From NCBI GenBank assembly GCA_963748215.1, contig CAVVHS010000006.1:96001-160000 (forward strand): a stretch of DNA of 64,000 nucleotides. Direction: 5' to 3'. Position 1 is the stretch's first letter; each line of letters starts with the position of its first letter. Below are positions 1 through 10,139 of this stretch, one piece after another. The notes under the pieces are model-generated. The model made no database searches. It was not told where the DNA came from and worked only from the letters and a program-made list of their open reading frames with translations. The stretch comes from an uncultured Gammaproteobacteria bacterium. GTDB taxonomy: Bacteria; Pseudomonadota; Gammaproteobacteria; UBA9214. Made by a program: the position numbers and the translations under genes.

Positions 1-855
1 GCGATCGGGTCTGGGCGGTCGGTGTTCGGGTTGAGCGTCAAAAATAATATTGCTCGCCCCGCTGTAAACCAGGAAATGTTTTCCCTTGGCGCGCGCGATC
101 ATGGTGATACCCAGTTCCTGCGCAAGTTCCAGGCCCATGTGGGTGACCCCGGAGCGCGAGAGTAACACTGCAATACCCATGAGGGCCGACTTCATGACGA
201 TTTCGGATGTCAGGCGGCCGGTGGTATAGAAGACCTTGTTCTCGCCACCGATAGCGTCCAGCCACATGTAACCGGATATGGCGTCGGCCGCATTGTGGCG
301 CCCGACGTCTTCGGTATACATGAGTATCTCCGAACCCAGGCACAGGCCGCAGCCGTGTACTGCGCCCGCGCGTTTATAAATATCGTTGTGGTTTGCAACA
401 TTCTCCAGCAGGGCGTAGAGGGTTGACTGGCGCAGTGTGACTGCCGGCAGCTTCACCGTGTACAGGGAATCCAGCGTGCAGCTGAAGACCGTGCCCTGGC
501 CGCATCCGGTTGTCACAGTGCGTTTCCTGAGCTTCTCATCCCAGCCATCGATGCCTTTCCAGGTGGTCACCCTGACCGACTCGGTGCGATGATCGACGTT
601 GACAGACTTTATCTGCTCAAGCTCATCGACGAAGCGCTGGTTGCGCAGGTAGCCCAGTGCAAGCGCTTCCGGGTGGGCGCCGATGGTCATCAGGGTGACG
701 ATTTCGCGCTCATCCACATACAATGTCAGTGGCGACTCGCCCGGAATCTCTACCTCACGCACCGTATTGTATTCATCAACCACACTGACCGGGTGGGTAG
801 GGGTAAGGCCGGCATGCGTGATTTCGGGGCGGTAGCGTTCCTGTGTTCGAGACAT
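1..855 (-). CDS. fdhD: Formate dehydrogenase accessory sulfurtransferase FdhD (3' end beyond the window edge)
   Basis: Not in the ORF track; translated by hand from ATG 855: MSRTQERYRPEITHAG...ESPLTLYVDEREIVTLMT...TTGCGQG...AGAVHGCG...EDVGRHNAADAISG...TTGRLTSEIVMK. Frame is open to position 1; divergent from the fdh cluster. Confidence 0.92.
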   Translation of the reverse strand, partial: MSRTQERYRPEITHAGLTPTHPVSVVDEYNTVREVEIPGESPLTLYVDEREIVTLMTIGAHPEALALGYLRNQRFVDELEQIKSVNVDHRTESVRVTTWKGIDGWDEKLRKRTVTTGCGQGTVFSCTLDSLYTVKLPAVTLRQSTLYALLENVANHNDIYKRAGAVHGCGLCLGSEILMYTEDVGRHNAADAISGYMWLDAIGGENKVFYTTGRLTSEIVMKSALMGIAVLLSRSGVTHMGLELAQELGITMIARAKGKHFLVYSGASNIIFDAQPEHRPPRPDR

Positions 856-965
856 ATTAGAAACCTGTCATGCGATGTGTCATGTATTGTGTGCCATGAT
901 CAAGACTTATACTATGGTTGAAAGATCGAGGATAGCAATCCATGTAATTCCAGAGCTTGTATGGC

Positions 966-1475
966 ATGCCTGATTCCATCACAGCCCCGGTGCCCGACTC
1001 GTTTCACGTTTCCGTTATCGTCGCGTTCCGGATGACGCCCGAAAACCGCTGGCAAGACGGCTACTGGCAGGTGACCAGTGCAGTTGCGGGAGATCAGCCC
1101 GGCAAGGACAATGTCGGGGGTCGACAATTGCATGCAGCATCACAGGTGCAGCAATATCTGTGGACAGGTTTGCAGGTGAATCTGTTCAGGGACGACGCGG
1201 AAAACTACTACTACAACCTGGTCAGCGACAAACCAAGGGTCTTCATTATCTGCAGCCAGGAGACGGGCGAGCCGCCGCAGCCTTTGATTGCCACGCTGAG
1301 TTACGGTGAGGCCAGTTCCTATATGGAGACGGACATGCTGGTCGAGTCTGTTGTCATGCCGCCCGAACTTTACCGCTGGGCCGAGCACTTCGTACTGGAA
1401 CACTTTGTCCCGGAGAAGCGCAAGAAGCGCAAGCGGGACAACTGGAAGGAAGCCGATCATGAGCCGCGCGGGTAA
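966..1475 (+). CDS. DUF3305-like FDH-associated protein
   Basis: LFRDDAENYYYNL...LSYGEASSYM...KRKKRKR pattern; typical first gene of this fdh cluster type. Confidence 0.75.
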   Translation: MPDSITAPVPDSFHVSVIVAFRMTPENRWQDGYWQVTSAVAGDQPGKDNVGGRQLHAASQVQQYLWTGLQVNLFRDDAENYYYNLVSDKPRVFIICSQETGEPPQPLIATLSYGEASSYMETDMLVESVVMPPELYRWAEHFVLEHFVPEKRKKRKRDNWKEADHEPRG

Positions 1476-2070
1476 GCCAGGGCAGGATGCCCCCGAAAGC
1501 CCGGGGGATTTCATGGCGCGCTGGTCGCGCCGCAAGAATCAGGCGCGTGATGAGGCTGCCCGGCCAGACGACCCCGCTGCAGGGATGGCGCTGCCGCCTG
1601 CAGCGGAAGCTGATGCATCGCCGGTATGCCAGCCGGAACAGGAATTAACCGATGCCGACATGCCGCCGGTCGAAACACTCGGTGCGGATAGTGATTATGC
1701 CCCGTTCATGTCGCCCGGTGTCAGCGACGGCCTGCGACAAAGGGCCTTGCGAATACTGTTCAGCCAGCCGGCCTGCAATATTACCGACGGCCTGAATGAT
1801 TACGACGGCGACTACACCCAGTTTGCCGGTCTTGGCAGTCTCGTCACCCATGAAATGAAGCGCATGCTGAAGCGTGAGCTGGCGGCTGACAAAAACAGGC
1901 AACAGCAATCTGCTGACCAGGCACAGGAATCACGCGCCGTCGATGCGGATGTGCCTGTCGCTGCGCAGCGGGAGGAGGCCCAGCCAGCCGCCCCGGACCG
2001 GCCCGATACGGAGGCGGTTGATGATGCGGCTGACAAGGACCCGGGCGACCCGGGCGTAGTCAATCCATGA
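1459..2070 (+). CDS. DUF3306-like FDH-associated protein
   Basis: FMARWSRRK...SDYAPFM...LRQRALRILF...DGLNDYDGDYT; start placed at ATG 1459, overlapping the upstream gene. Confidence 0.75.
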   Translation: MSRAGKPGQDAPESPGDFMARWSRRKNQARDEAARPDDPAAGMALPPAAEADASPVCQPEQELTDADMPPVETLGADSDYAPFMSPGVSDGLRQRALRILFSQPACNITDGLNDYDGDYTQFAGLGSLVTHEMKRMLKRELAADKNRQQQSADQAQESRAVDADVPVAAQREEAQPAAPDRPDTEAVDDAADKDPGDPGVVNP

Positions 2071-3680
2071 CAGTAAGTGATCAAGCTGCGACAGCCAGCC
2101 TGTCCGCAAGTACGCCCGATGGACAGGCCAGGGCGGCCGCGCTGGCGGCAGCGAGTCATGCCGGTCGCCAACCGGCAGGTATCGTTTCCTATCAGTCTGC
2201 CGGTCGGCTGCTAGTCATTGGCAGCGCAGCCGCTATCCGGGAGGTCACCCCGGCACTCGACACCCAGGCCGGCATCAGCTACAGCGGCCTGATCACGGAT
2301 GCCGGTGACGGACTTCCGGTGGTGACCGGTTTCCTCGGTCGCTTCGAGGTGCAGACAACGACCGGAGAGCCGCAGGTCTACGATCTGGTGCTGGACCTGG
2401 CAAGCCCACCCCTGCTGCAAGCCGAGGTGTTGCCGCCGGGATATTTTGCACCGAATGGAAATCCTGCGGCACTGCAGGCCGCGCTGGATGAGCTGCCCGA
2501 TCTGACCGGCGAGTTCGAGAAACCCCAGTACTTCCGCTACGACGCCACAATCTGTGCCCATGGCCGGAGCGGTATCACGGCCTGCACACGCTGTCTCGAT
2601 ACCTGTCCGACACAGGCCATTATCTCCCTGGGTGACACCATCGAGGTCAATGCCGGCCTCTGCCAGGGTGCGGGCAGCTGCGCCACGGCCTGTCCGACCG
2701 GCGCGATCAGCTACGGCTATCCTCGACTTGCAGACACCCTGCAGCGCCTGCGCCTGCTGCTACAGGCCTATCACGCGGCCGGCGGCACGGATGCCGTGCT
2801 GTTGTTTCACGATGCCGGTGCCGGTCGTGATGTCATGCGGCAGCTCGCGACGCAGTTGCCGGAACGGGTCATACCCCTGGAGGTGGAGGAGCTGGGCAGC
2901 GTCGGTATGGACACCTGGCTGGCGGCCCTGGCCTACGGTGCCGCGGCCGTGGTGCTGCTGGCAACGCCATCACTGCCGGGCCGTGTCATGCGCGAGGTGG
3001 TGTTGCAGATGGATGTGGCCAGCCAGATCCTGGCCGGTATGGGCTACCCGGCGGCAGTATTGCAGCTGTGCCGGTCGGGGGACGGCGCGTTTCCGGACCT
3101 GCCCGGCACGGCCGGCCGCCAGCCGGCGGGATTCGCGGCGCTGGACGAGAAACGTACCGTGATACGGCTGGCGGTTGAACACCTGCAGGCACAGGCGCCG
3201 GCACCCCGACCGCTGGTGTCTTTGCCGGCCGGGGCACCCTTCGGTGAAGTCCTGCTCGATCATGCGCGTTGCACCCTGTGCATGGCCTGTGTCTCGCAAT
3301 GCCCCGCCCGGGCGCTTGCCGCAGGTGACGACAGGCCGCAGCTGGTTTTTATCGAGGCCAATTGTGTTCAGTGTGGCATGTGTTGCCGAACCTGCCCCGA
3401 GGACGCGATCGCGGTTTCACCGCGCTACCTTTATGCTTCAGAGCAGCGAAACCAGCGCCGGGTGCTGTGCGAGGCAGAGCCGTTTCTGTGCGTCAGTTGC
3501 GGCAAACCGTTTGCCACACGCCAGGTGATCGAGAAGATCATGTCGAAAATGCAGGGCCACGCAATGTTTCAGGGCGCGGCACTGGAGCGACTGAAGATGT
3601 GTGCAGACTGCCGCGTCAAGGTCCTGTTCGCCGGCGAGACCGCTGATGACAAGCCAGCCTCACCGCGAGGCTGGTCATGA
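2067..3680 (+). CDS. Polyferredoxin-like 4Fe-4S binding protein of fdh clusters
   Basis: Multiple Cys motifs: CTRCLDTCP, CQGAGSCATACP, CTLCMACVSQCP, CVQCGMCCRTCP, CVSC, CADC. Confidence 0.85.
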   Translation: MTVSDQAATASLSASTPDGQARAAALAAASHAGRQPAGIVSYQSAGRLLVIGSAAAIREVTPALDTQAGISYSGLITDAGDGLPVVTGFLGRFEVQTTTGEPQVYDLVLDLASPPLLQAEVLPPGYFAPNGNPAALQAALDELPDLTGEFEKPQYFRYDATICAHGRSGITACTRCLDTCPTQAIISLGDTIEVNAGLCQGAGSCATACPTGAISYGYPRLADTLQRLRLLLQAYHAAGGTDAVLLFHDAGAGRDVMRQLATQLPERVIPLEVEELGSVGMDTWLAALAYGAAAVVLLATPSLPGRVMREVVLQMDVASQILAGMGYPAAVLQLCRSGDGAFPDLPGTAGRQPAGFAALDEKRTVIRLAVEHLQAQAPAPRPLVSLPAGAPFGEVLLDHARCTLCMACVSQCPARALAAGDDRPQLVFIEANCVQCGMCCRTCPEDAIAVSPRYLYASEQRNQRRVLCEAEPFLCVSCGKPFATRQVIEKIMSKMQGHAMFQGAALERLKMCADCRVKVLFAGETADDKPASPRGWS

Positions 3681-4288
3681 CCGGCGAGGCATCACCGGAT
3701 AGCGCAAGCCTCGAATCGGGCGAGCAGGCGCGTGCCGATATCTACCGGTTGCTGGGTGCGCTGCTATCCGGGCCGCCCGCTGCGGCACTGCTCGAGATGC
3801 TGCGGGACATTACCCCGGAGGACGTCGAAACCGGAGCCGCCATGACGGCCGCCTGGCAGGCGTTGCGGTCGGCTGCGGAGGACACTGTCCCGGCCGAACT
3901 GGAAGACGAATATTTCAATCTATTCATAGGGTTGGGGCGCGGCGAGCTGGTGCCCTATGCCTCGTTCTATATCCATGGTTTTCTTATGGAAAAGGTGCTA
4001 GCCTCGTTGCGAGACGAGCTGGCAGCGTTAGGTATAACGCGGCGCGAAGGCGTTGCCGAGCCGGAAGACCACGCGGCGGCTGTGTGCGAGATCATGGGGA
4101 TGATAATCGCCAGTCATGGTCTACACTTACAACAATTGGCTTTTTTTGAAACGTATATAGGTAGCTGGCTGGGCTGTTTTTTTGAGGATCTCAACAAGGC
4201 CGAAAAAGCGGATTTTTACCGGGCTGTCGCGTTACTGGGGCAGCAGTTTCTGGCGGTGGAGAGACAGTATTTCAGCATGCCGGCCTAG
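3677..4288 (+). CDS. TorD/DmsD-family redox enzyme maturation chaperone
   Basis: EYFNLFIG, PYASFY and EPEDH motifs. Confidence 0.9.
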   Translation: MTGEASPDSASLESGEQARADIYRLLGALLSGPPAAALLEMLRDITPEDVETGAAMTAAWQALRSAAEDTVPAELEDEYFNLFIGLGRGELVPYASFYIHGFLMEKVLASLRDELAALGITRREGVAEPEDHAAAVCEIMGMIIASHGLHLQQLAFFETYIGSWLGCFFEDLNKAEKADFYRAVALLGQQFLAVERQYFSMPA

Positions 4289-4335
4289 TGCGGGGGCACT
4301 TTAGACAGAACAAACCCGAAGCGTTGGAGGACGTC

Positions 4336-4545
4336 ATGAACAAGCAGCATGTGGCCGAGCGTCGCAGGTTTCTCAAAGGGGTCGCTGCCGCCGGTGGCGC
4401 CACGGCATTGACTACCGTGTTCGCATCCGGGCTGATTGCAACCGATCCGGGGGGTACTGCGGTCAGGAAAAACCAGCAACCCGAATCCCGCGGTTACCGC
4501 GAGACGGACCATATCAGGGAGTACTACCGGACGCTCAGGGAGTGA
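4336..4545 (+). CDS. Small Tat-signal protein of formate dehydrogenase clusters
   Basis: GGAGG RBS; RRRFLK twin-arginine motif; C-terminal GYRETDHIREYY. Confidence 0.8.
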   Translation: MNKQHVAERRRFLKGVAAAGGATALTTVFASGLIATDPGGTAVRKNQQPESRGYRETDHIREYYRTLRE

Positions 4546-4666
4546 TCCGGTTTTTTTATGCGCTGATTTTCACCAGATACCGATCGATCGCCCGGGGTGG
4601 CACCGTAAACCGGGTATTTCGGACAACAAGGCGCAATGCCATTTCCGGTAATGAGGAGGCTGGACT

Positions 4667-7576
4667 ATGAAGCTGGTCAGGAAACAAGACACAGAACAGT
4701 CACCGGTGCGCGCGGCACTCAACGCGGCCACCATGGACCGCAGGACATTCCTCAAGCGAGCCGGCATTGGCGCCGGTGGTATAGCCGCAGCCAGTTCCCT
4801 GTCTCTGTCGATGATGCAGCGCGCAGAAGCGGCTGACGCACCGGCAGCCGCTGGCAGTAAGGCTACCCAGGTCCGATCGATCTGTACCCATTGCTCGGTT
4901 GGCTGTGGCATCTATGCCGAAGTGGAAAACGGTGTCTGGACCGGTCAGGAACCGGCCTTCGATCACCCGTTCAACCGGGGTGCCCACTGCGCCAAGGGCG
5001 CCTCGGTGCGGGAGCATGGCCACGGCGAACGCCGCCTGAAATACCCGACCAAGCTGGTCAATGGCAAGTGGACCAAGGTCTCCTGGGAGCAGGCCATCAG
5101 CGAGATCGGCGACCAGATGCTGGCCATTCGCGAGCAATCCGGACCGGATTCCGTCTACTGGCTGGGTTCGGCCAAGCACAACAACGAGCAGGCCTACCTG
5201 TTCCGCAAGTTTGCCGCGCTCTGGGGCACCAACAACGTCGATCACCAGGCGCGCATCTGTCATTCCACCACGGTTGCCGGTGTGGCCAATACCTGGGGCT
5301 ACGGTGCCATGACCAATTCCTACAATGACATCCACAACAGCAAGGCGATCCTGATCATCGGTGGCAATCCGGCCGAGGCGCACCCGGTCTCCCTGCTGCA
5401 CCTGTTCCAGGCCACGGAACGCAACAACGCACCGCTGATCGTGATCGATCCACGCTTTACCCGCACGGCGGCCCATGCCGATCAGTACATCCGTCTGCGT
5501 CCGGGTACCGATGTGCCGGTGGTCTGGGGCATGCTCTGGCATATTTTCGAAAACGGCTGGGAAGACAAGGAATTCATCAGGCAACGGGTCTATGGCATGG
5601 ACCAGATCCGTGCCGAGGTGGCGAAATGGACACCGGATGAAGTGGAACGTGTCTCCGGTGTGCCGGAAGAAGCCATCAAGCGCGCCGCGCAGACCATGGC
5701 CGAAAACCGCCCGGGTACCTTCATCTGGTGCATGGGCGGGACGCAGCACACCATCGGCAACAACAACACCCGTGCCTACTGCGTGTTCCAGCTGGCACTC
5801 GGCAACCTGGGCGTGGCGGGTGGCGGCACCAACATCTTTCGCGGCCACGACAATGTTCAGGGTGCCACCGATCTGGGCGTCCTGAGCCACACGCTACCGG
5901 GCTATTACGGGTTGACGGAAGGCGCCTGGAAACACTGGGCCCAGGTCTGGGATGTCGATTACGACTGGCTGGTCGCCCGCTTCGACACGGAGGAAAGCCC
6001 GGGCGACTTCTTCGGTGAAGAGGGGGCGTCCGATAAAGTCGTCAAACCGATGAACGAAAACGGTATTCCTGTATCACGCTGGATCGACGGCGTGCTCGAG
6101 GAAAAGACTCACATCGCGCAGCGCGACAACCTCAAGGCCATGGTGTTCTGGGGGCATGCCCCGAACAGCCAGACGCGCGGTGCGGAGATGAAGGATGCGA
6201 TGGAAAAACTTGACCTGATGGTCATCATCGACCCGTATCCCACCGTCAGTGCCGTCATGCATGACCGCACCGATGGCGTCTACCTGCTGCCGGCGGCCAC
6301 CCAGTTCGAGACCTACGGTTCGGTCACCGCCTCGAACCGCTCCCTGCAATGGCGTGACAAGGTCATCGACCCGTTGTTCGAGTCGCTGCCGGACCACACC
6401 ATTATGTACAAGTTCGCCAGCAAGCTGGGGTTCGCCGACGAGTTGTGCAAACACATTGCGGTGGAAAATGATGAGCCCAATATCGAGGACATCACCCGCG
6501 AATTCAACAAGGGCATGTGGACCATCGGCTATACCGGCCAGAGTCCGGAACGCCTGAAACAGCACCAGCAGAACTGGCATACCTTCGACTTCACCACGCT
6601 GGAGGCCAGGGGTGGCCCGGCCAACGGCGACTACTATGGCCTGCCCTGGCCCTGCTGGGGCACCGCCGGGATGGGACATCCCGGTACGCCCAACCTGTAC
6701 GACACCAGCAAGCCGGTGGCCCGCGGTGGCCTGAATTTCCGTGCCCGCTTCGGCGTCGAACACGAAGGCGTTAACCTGCTGTCCGAAGACTCCTACCCGG
6801 TCGGCAATGAAATCAGGGACGGCCATCCGGAGTTCACTGCCGACATGCTGAAGAAGCTTGGCTGGTGGAGTGATCTGTCCGACGCCGAGCAACAGCTGGC
6901 CGAGGGCAAGAACTGGAAGACGGATCTTTCCGGTGGCATCCAGCGGGTCGCCATCAAGCATGGCTGCGCCCCGTTCGGCAACGCCAAGGCACGTGCCGTT
7001 GTCTGGACCTTTCCCGATCCGGTCCCGATACACCGCGAGCCGCTGTATACCTCGCGTCGCGACCTGGTGGAGAAATACCCGACGTACGAGGACCGCAAGA
7101 CCTTCTATCGCCTGCCGACCCGTTACGCTTCGATCCAGGCGAAGGACTACACCGCTGACTACCCGCTGATCATGACCAGCGGCCGGCTGGTGGAGTATGA
7201 GGGTGGCGGTGACGAAACCCGTTCCAATCCCTGGCTGGCGGAATTGCAGCAGGACATGTTCGCCGAGATCAACATCGTCGATGCCAACAACAACGGTATC
7301 AGGGACGGCCAGCAAATATGGGTCGAGGGACCCGAGGGCTCACGCATCAAGGTCATGGCCAAGGTGACGCAGGAGGGCGTGGCGGCCGGTGTCGTCTGGC
7401 TGCCGTTCCATTTCGGCGGCCATTTCCAGGGCAGGGACCTGCGCGACAAATACCCGAAAGGCAGTGACCCCTACGTGCTCGGCGAGGCCTGCAACACGGC
7501 GTTCACCTACGGTTACGATTCCGTCACCCAGATGCAGGAAACCAAGTGTTCCCTGTGCCGCATCAGCCGCGCTTGA
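4667..7576 (+). CDS. fdhA: Formate dehydrogenase catalytic (alpha) subunit, bis-PGD Mo/W enzyme, Tat-exported, Cys ligand
   Basis: DRRTFLK Tat motif; CTHCSVGC...C Fe-S motif; ARICHSTTV active-site Cys-His; RGHDNVQG. Confidence 0.95.
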   Translation: MKLVRKQDTEQSPVRAALNAATMDRRTFLKRAGIGAGGIAAASSLSLSMMQRAEAADAPAAAGSKATQVRSICTHCSVGCGIYAEVENGVWTGQEPAFDHPFNRGAHCAKGASVREHGHGERRLKYPTKLVNGKWTKVSWEQAISEIGDQMLAIREQSGPDSVYWLGSAKHNNEQAYLFRKFAALWGTNNVDHQARICHSTTVAGVANTWGYGAMTNSYNDIHNSKAILIIGGNPAEAHPVSLLHLFQATERNNAPLIVIDPRFTRTAAHADQYIRLRPGTDVPVVWGMLWHIFENGWEDKEFIRQRVYGMDQIRAEVAKWTPDEVERVSGVPEEAIKRAAQTMAENRPGTFIWCMGGTQHTIGNNNTRAYCVFQLALGNLGVAGGGTNIFRGHDNVQGATDLGVLSHTLPGYYGLTEGAWKHWAQVWDVDYDWLVARFDTEESPGDFFGEEGASDKVVKPMNENGIPVSRWIDGVLEEKTHIAQRDNLKAMVFWGHAPNSQTRGAEMKDAMEKLDLMVIIDPYPTVSAVMHDRTDGVYLLPAATQFETYGSVTASNRSLQWRDKVIDPLFESLPDHTIMYKFASKLGFADELCKHIAVENDEPNIEDITREFNKGMWTIGYTGQSPERLKQHQQNWHTFDFTTLEARGGPANGDYYGLPWPCWGTAGMGHPGTPNLYDTSKPVARGGLNFRARFGVEHEGVNLLSEDSYPVGNEIRDGHPEFTADMLKKLGWWSDLSDAEQQLAEGKNWKTDLSGGIQRVAIKHGCAPFGNAKARAVVWTFPDPVPIHREPLYTSRRDLVEKYPTYEDRKTFYRLPTRYASIQAKDYTADYPLIMTSGRLVEYEGGGDETRSNPWLAELQQDMFAEINIVDANNNGIRDGQQIWVEGPEGSRIKVMAKVTQEGVAAGVVWLPFHFGGHFQGRDLRDKYPKGSDPYVLGEACNTAFTYGYDSVTQMQETKCSLCRISRA

Positions 7577-7595
7577 GACAGGAAGGAGACGCATC

Positions 7596-8231
7596 ATGGC
7601 CCGAATGAAGTTCCTCTGCGATGCCGAACGCTGCATCGAATGCAACGCCTGTGTCACGGCATGTAAAAACGAAAACGATGTGCCCTGGGGTGTCAACCGC
7701 CGGCGCGTGGTGACCATCAATGACGGCTCGCCAGGTGAGCGATCCATGTCGGTGGCCTGCATGCACTGTTCCGATGCGCCCTGCGCTGCAGTCTGCCCGG
7801 TCGACTGTTTCTACTTCACCGATGACGGCGTGGTGCTGCATGACAAGGATATTTGTATCGGCTGCGGGTATTGCTTCTATGCCTGCCCGTTCGGTGCACC
7901 GCAGTTTCCACAGGACGGTGTGTTCGGACAGCGTGGCAAGATGGATAAGTGTACCTTCTGCGCCGGGGGTCCGGAGGCGGACAACTCGCCCGAGGAGCGC
8001 GCCAAGTACGGCAGCAACCGGCTGGCCGAAGGCAAGCTGCCCCTGTGCGCAGAAATGTGCGCCACCAAGGCACTGCTCGCCGGTGATGGTGATGCCGTTT
8101 CAACTATTTTTCGCGAACGTGTGACCTGGCGGGGCGCTGCCGGCTTGTCATGGGGCTGGGGGGTTGCCTATGGCAAGCCCGGCCTGCGCAGAGGCACCGC
8201 GATCGAGGGCAAGGCAACTGGCGGAGAATAG
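7596..8231 (+). CDS. fdhB: Formate dehydrogenase iron-sulfur (beta) subunit
   Basis: MARMKFLCDAERCIECNACVTAC...; four Cys clusters; GAAGGAG RBS before ATG 7596. Confidence 0.93.
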   Translation: MARMKFLCDAERCIECNACVTACKNENDVPWGVNRRRVVTINDGSPGERSMSVACMHCSDAPCAAVCPVDCFYFTDDGVVLHDKDICIGCGYCFYACPFGAPQFPQDGVFGQRGKMDKCTFCAGGPEADNSPEERAKYGSNRLAEGKLPLCAEMCATKALLAGDGDAVSTIFRERVTWRGAAGLSWGWGVAYGKPGLRRGTAIEGKATGGE

Positions 8232-8316
8232 CCGGACAGCAACACAGAGTTGATGTCCGGAGGTGCCCGTAGCAAACCGGGTTCGGTTACAGCGCGACCG
8301 CGAGGAGCCTGCATAT

Positions 8317-9390
8317 ATGTCCACTAACAAGCAGTCACGCATCCGGCGCCATCGCATGGTTGCATACTCACTGCTGTCGCTGCTGGTGCTGACGCTGGTA
8401 TTGCCGCTGATCCCCTATGCCGTGGCCGACCGTGGTGATACGACGGGCAAGGTCGTCAATCCGGGTACGGAGCTGTGGCGCGACGTGCGTCAGCGTGATC
8501 GCGCCGTGGCCGGCAGTACCCAGGTCAGGGGGGTGGATACCGGTATCCTGATCAACGTCTACGGCGAGGACTGGCGAGTTTTCCGCATGCAGCGGCTGAT
8601 CCCGTATGGCGCCGCGCTGATGGGAACCGTGTTATCTGTCATCCTGCTGTTCTACCTGGTGCGTGGCCCGTTGCGGATGCAGGGTGGTCCCGCGGGAAAC
8701 AGGATCCAGCGCTTTACCGTGTTCGAGCGCACCACCCACTGGTTTACCGTCAGCGTGTTCTGGTTGCTGGCACTGACCGGTCTGATACTGTTGTATGGCC
8801 GTTATGTGCTCATTCCATTGCTTGGTCCCGATGGTTTCGGGCTGACGGCCTCGGCCTGCAAGGAAGCGCATAACCTGTTCGGTCCGATGTTCCTGGTGGC
8901 GATCCTGATGCTGTTCGTGACGTTCGTGAAAGACAACATATATGCACGTGGCGACATGACATGGCTGCTCAAGGGCGGCGGCATGCTCGGTGGCGGACAT
9001 GTGAGTGCCGGCCGTTTCAATGCCGGCGAGAAGATCTGGTTCTGGATTGCCGTGCTCGGTGGCATCGTGTTGTGTGCGACCGGACTGATCCTGGACTTTG
9101 CCGTGCTTGGCCAGGGACGTGAGGTGATGGCGCTGTCACACGTATTGCATGGCATCGTGGCACTGATCGTGATCAGCGTGTCATTCGGGCATATCTATCT
9201 TGGCACCGCCGGTGTCGAGGGTACGCTGGGCAGCATGACCACCGGGTACGTCGACGAGGCCTGGGCAAAATCACATCACGATCGCTGGTATGCAGAGGTC
9301 AAGGCATCCGCGGCAGGGCAGGTTGAAACGGAACCGGCCGGTGGCGGCACTGCCGCCACCGGTGTTGCCAGTACGGCAAGGGATGGGTGA
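8317..9390 (+). CDS. fdhC: Formate dehydrogenase cytochrome b (gamma) subunit
   Basis: IQRFTVFERTTHW, KEAHN, GRFNAGEK, HIYLGT, WAKSHHDRW; several TM helices. Confidence 0.9.
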   Translation: MSTNKQSRIRRHRMVAYSLLSLLVLTLVLPLIPYAVADRGDTTGKVVNPGTELWRDVRQRDRAVAGSTQVRGVDTGILINVYGEDWRVFRMQRLIPYGAALMGTVLSVILLFYLVRGPLRMQGGPAGNRIQRFTVFERTTHWFTVSVFWLLALTGLILLYGRYVLIPLLGPDGFGLTASACKEAHNLFGPMFLVAILMLFVTFVKDNIYARGDMTWLLKGGGMLGGGHVSAGRFNAGEKIWFWIAVLGGIVLCATGLILDFAVLGQGREVMALSHVLHGIVALIVISVSFGHIYLGTAGVEGTLGSMTTGYVDEAWAKSHHDRWYAEVKASAAGQVETEPAGGGTAATGVASTARDG

Positions 9391-9465
9391 AGAGCGCGAC
9401 CGGGAGCAACCCTCTCTCCCTGCAGAGAGGAGGTTTGTCGGACGGCAGTGACATAAGGATGGATC

Positions 9466-10104
9466 ATGTTTGGACAACTCGTTGACGGAATCTTCTGGGA
9501 TATAGCGCTGTGGGTGTTCGCCATCGGCGTGACCTGGCGCATCCTGTCGATCTTCCGGGTGCGCAACAAGCCTGATTTCTCGGTGCCGCGCGGCTCCGGA
9601 CTGGCCGGTGCCATCGGCGCCAACATCCGGCGTTTCATGCCGCGCACCGAGATGCGATCGCGTACCCGTATTCATGTTGTCGCCGGCTACCTGTTTCACG
9701 TCGGCCTGTTTGCCCTGTTGTTTTTCGCAGCACCGCACGTTCTGTTCGTCAAGACAGAAACCGGACTGGTCTGGACACCGATGCCGTACTGGGCATTTAT
9801 CGTATCAGCGCAACTTGCCTTTATCGGGCTGCTGCTGTTGTGGATTCACCGGGTTATGCACCCGGTAACCCGGCTGATCTCGAATGCCGATGACCATATT
9901 GCCGCGATCCTGACGTTTGTCGTCATGCTGACCGGGTGCATGGCACTGATCGGGGAATTTCAAGGGTTGCGGGTGTTCCACCGTTTCACGGTCGAGCTGC
10001 TGATGGTGTACTTCCCGTTCAGCCGGTTGATGCATGCCTTTATGTTCATCCCGAGCCGGGCGTTTACCGGCGCCTGGTTCGGCAGGCGCGGGGTGAAGGC
10101 CTGA
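9466..10104 (+). CDS. NarI-like membrane heme b protein (TmcC/HmcE/DsrM/HdrE-like)
   Basis: About 5 TM helices; YLFHVG, APH, FHRFTVELL and FPFSRLMH His pattern; TAAGGA RBS. Confidence 0.78.
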   Translation: MFGQLVDGIFWDIALWVFAIGVTWRILSIFRVRNKPDFSVPRGSGLAGAIGANIRRFMPRTEMRSRTRIHVVAGYLFHVGLFALLFFAAPHVLFVKTETGLVWTPMPYWAFIVSAQLAFIGLLLLWIHRVMHPVTRLISNADDHIAAILTFVVMLTGCMALIGEFQGLRVFHRFTVELLMVYFPFSRLMHAFMFIPSRAFTGAWFGRRGVKA

Positions 10105-10139
10105 ACAGTGGCTGACGGATTGTCGACGAGGAGCGGAGC

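Noticed and set aside
4700-7315. Long antisense ORFs (also 14886-16097, 34802-35944, 57184-58284)
   Set aside because: Shadow ORFs of GC-rich genes on the opposite strand, with no recognisable motifs
4667-7576. Selenocysteine in the FDH alpha subunit
   Set aside because: The ligand codon is TGT (Cys) and the ORF is uninterrupted
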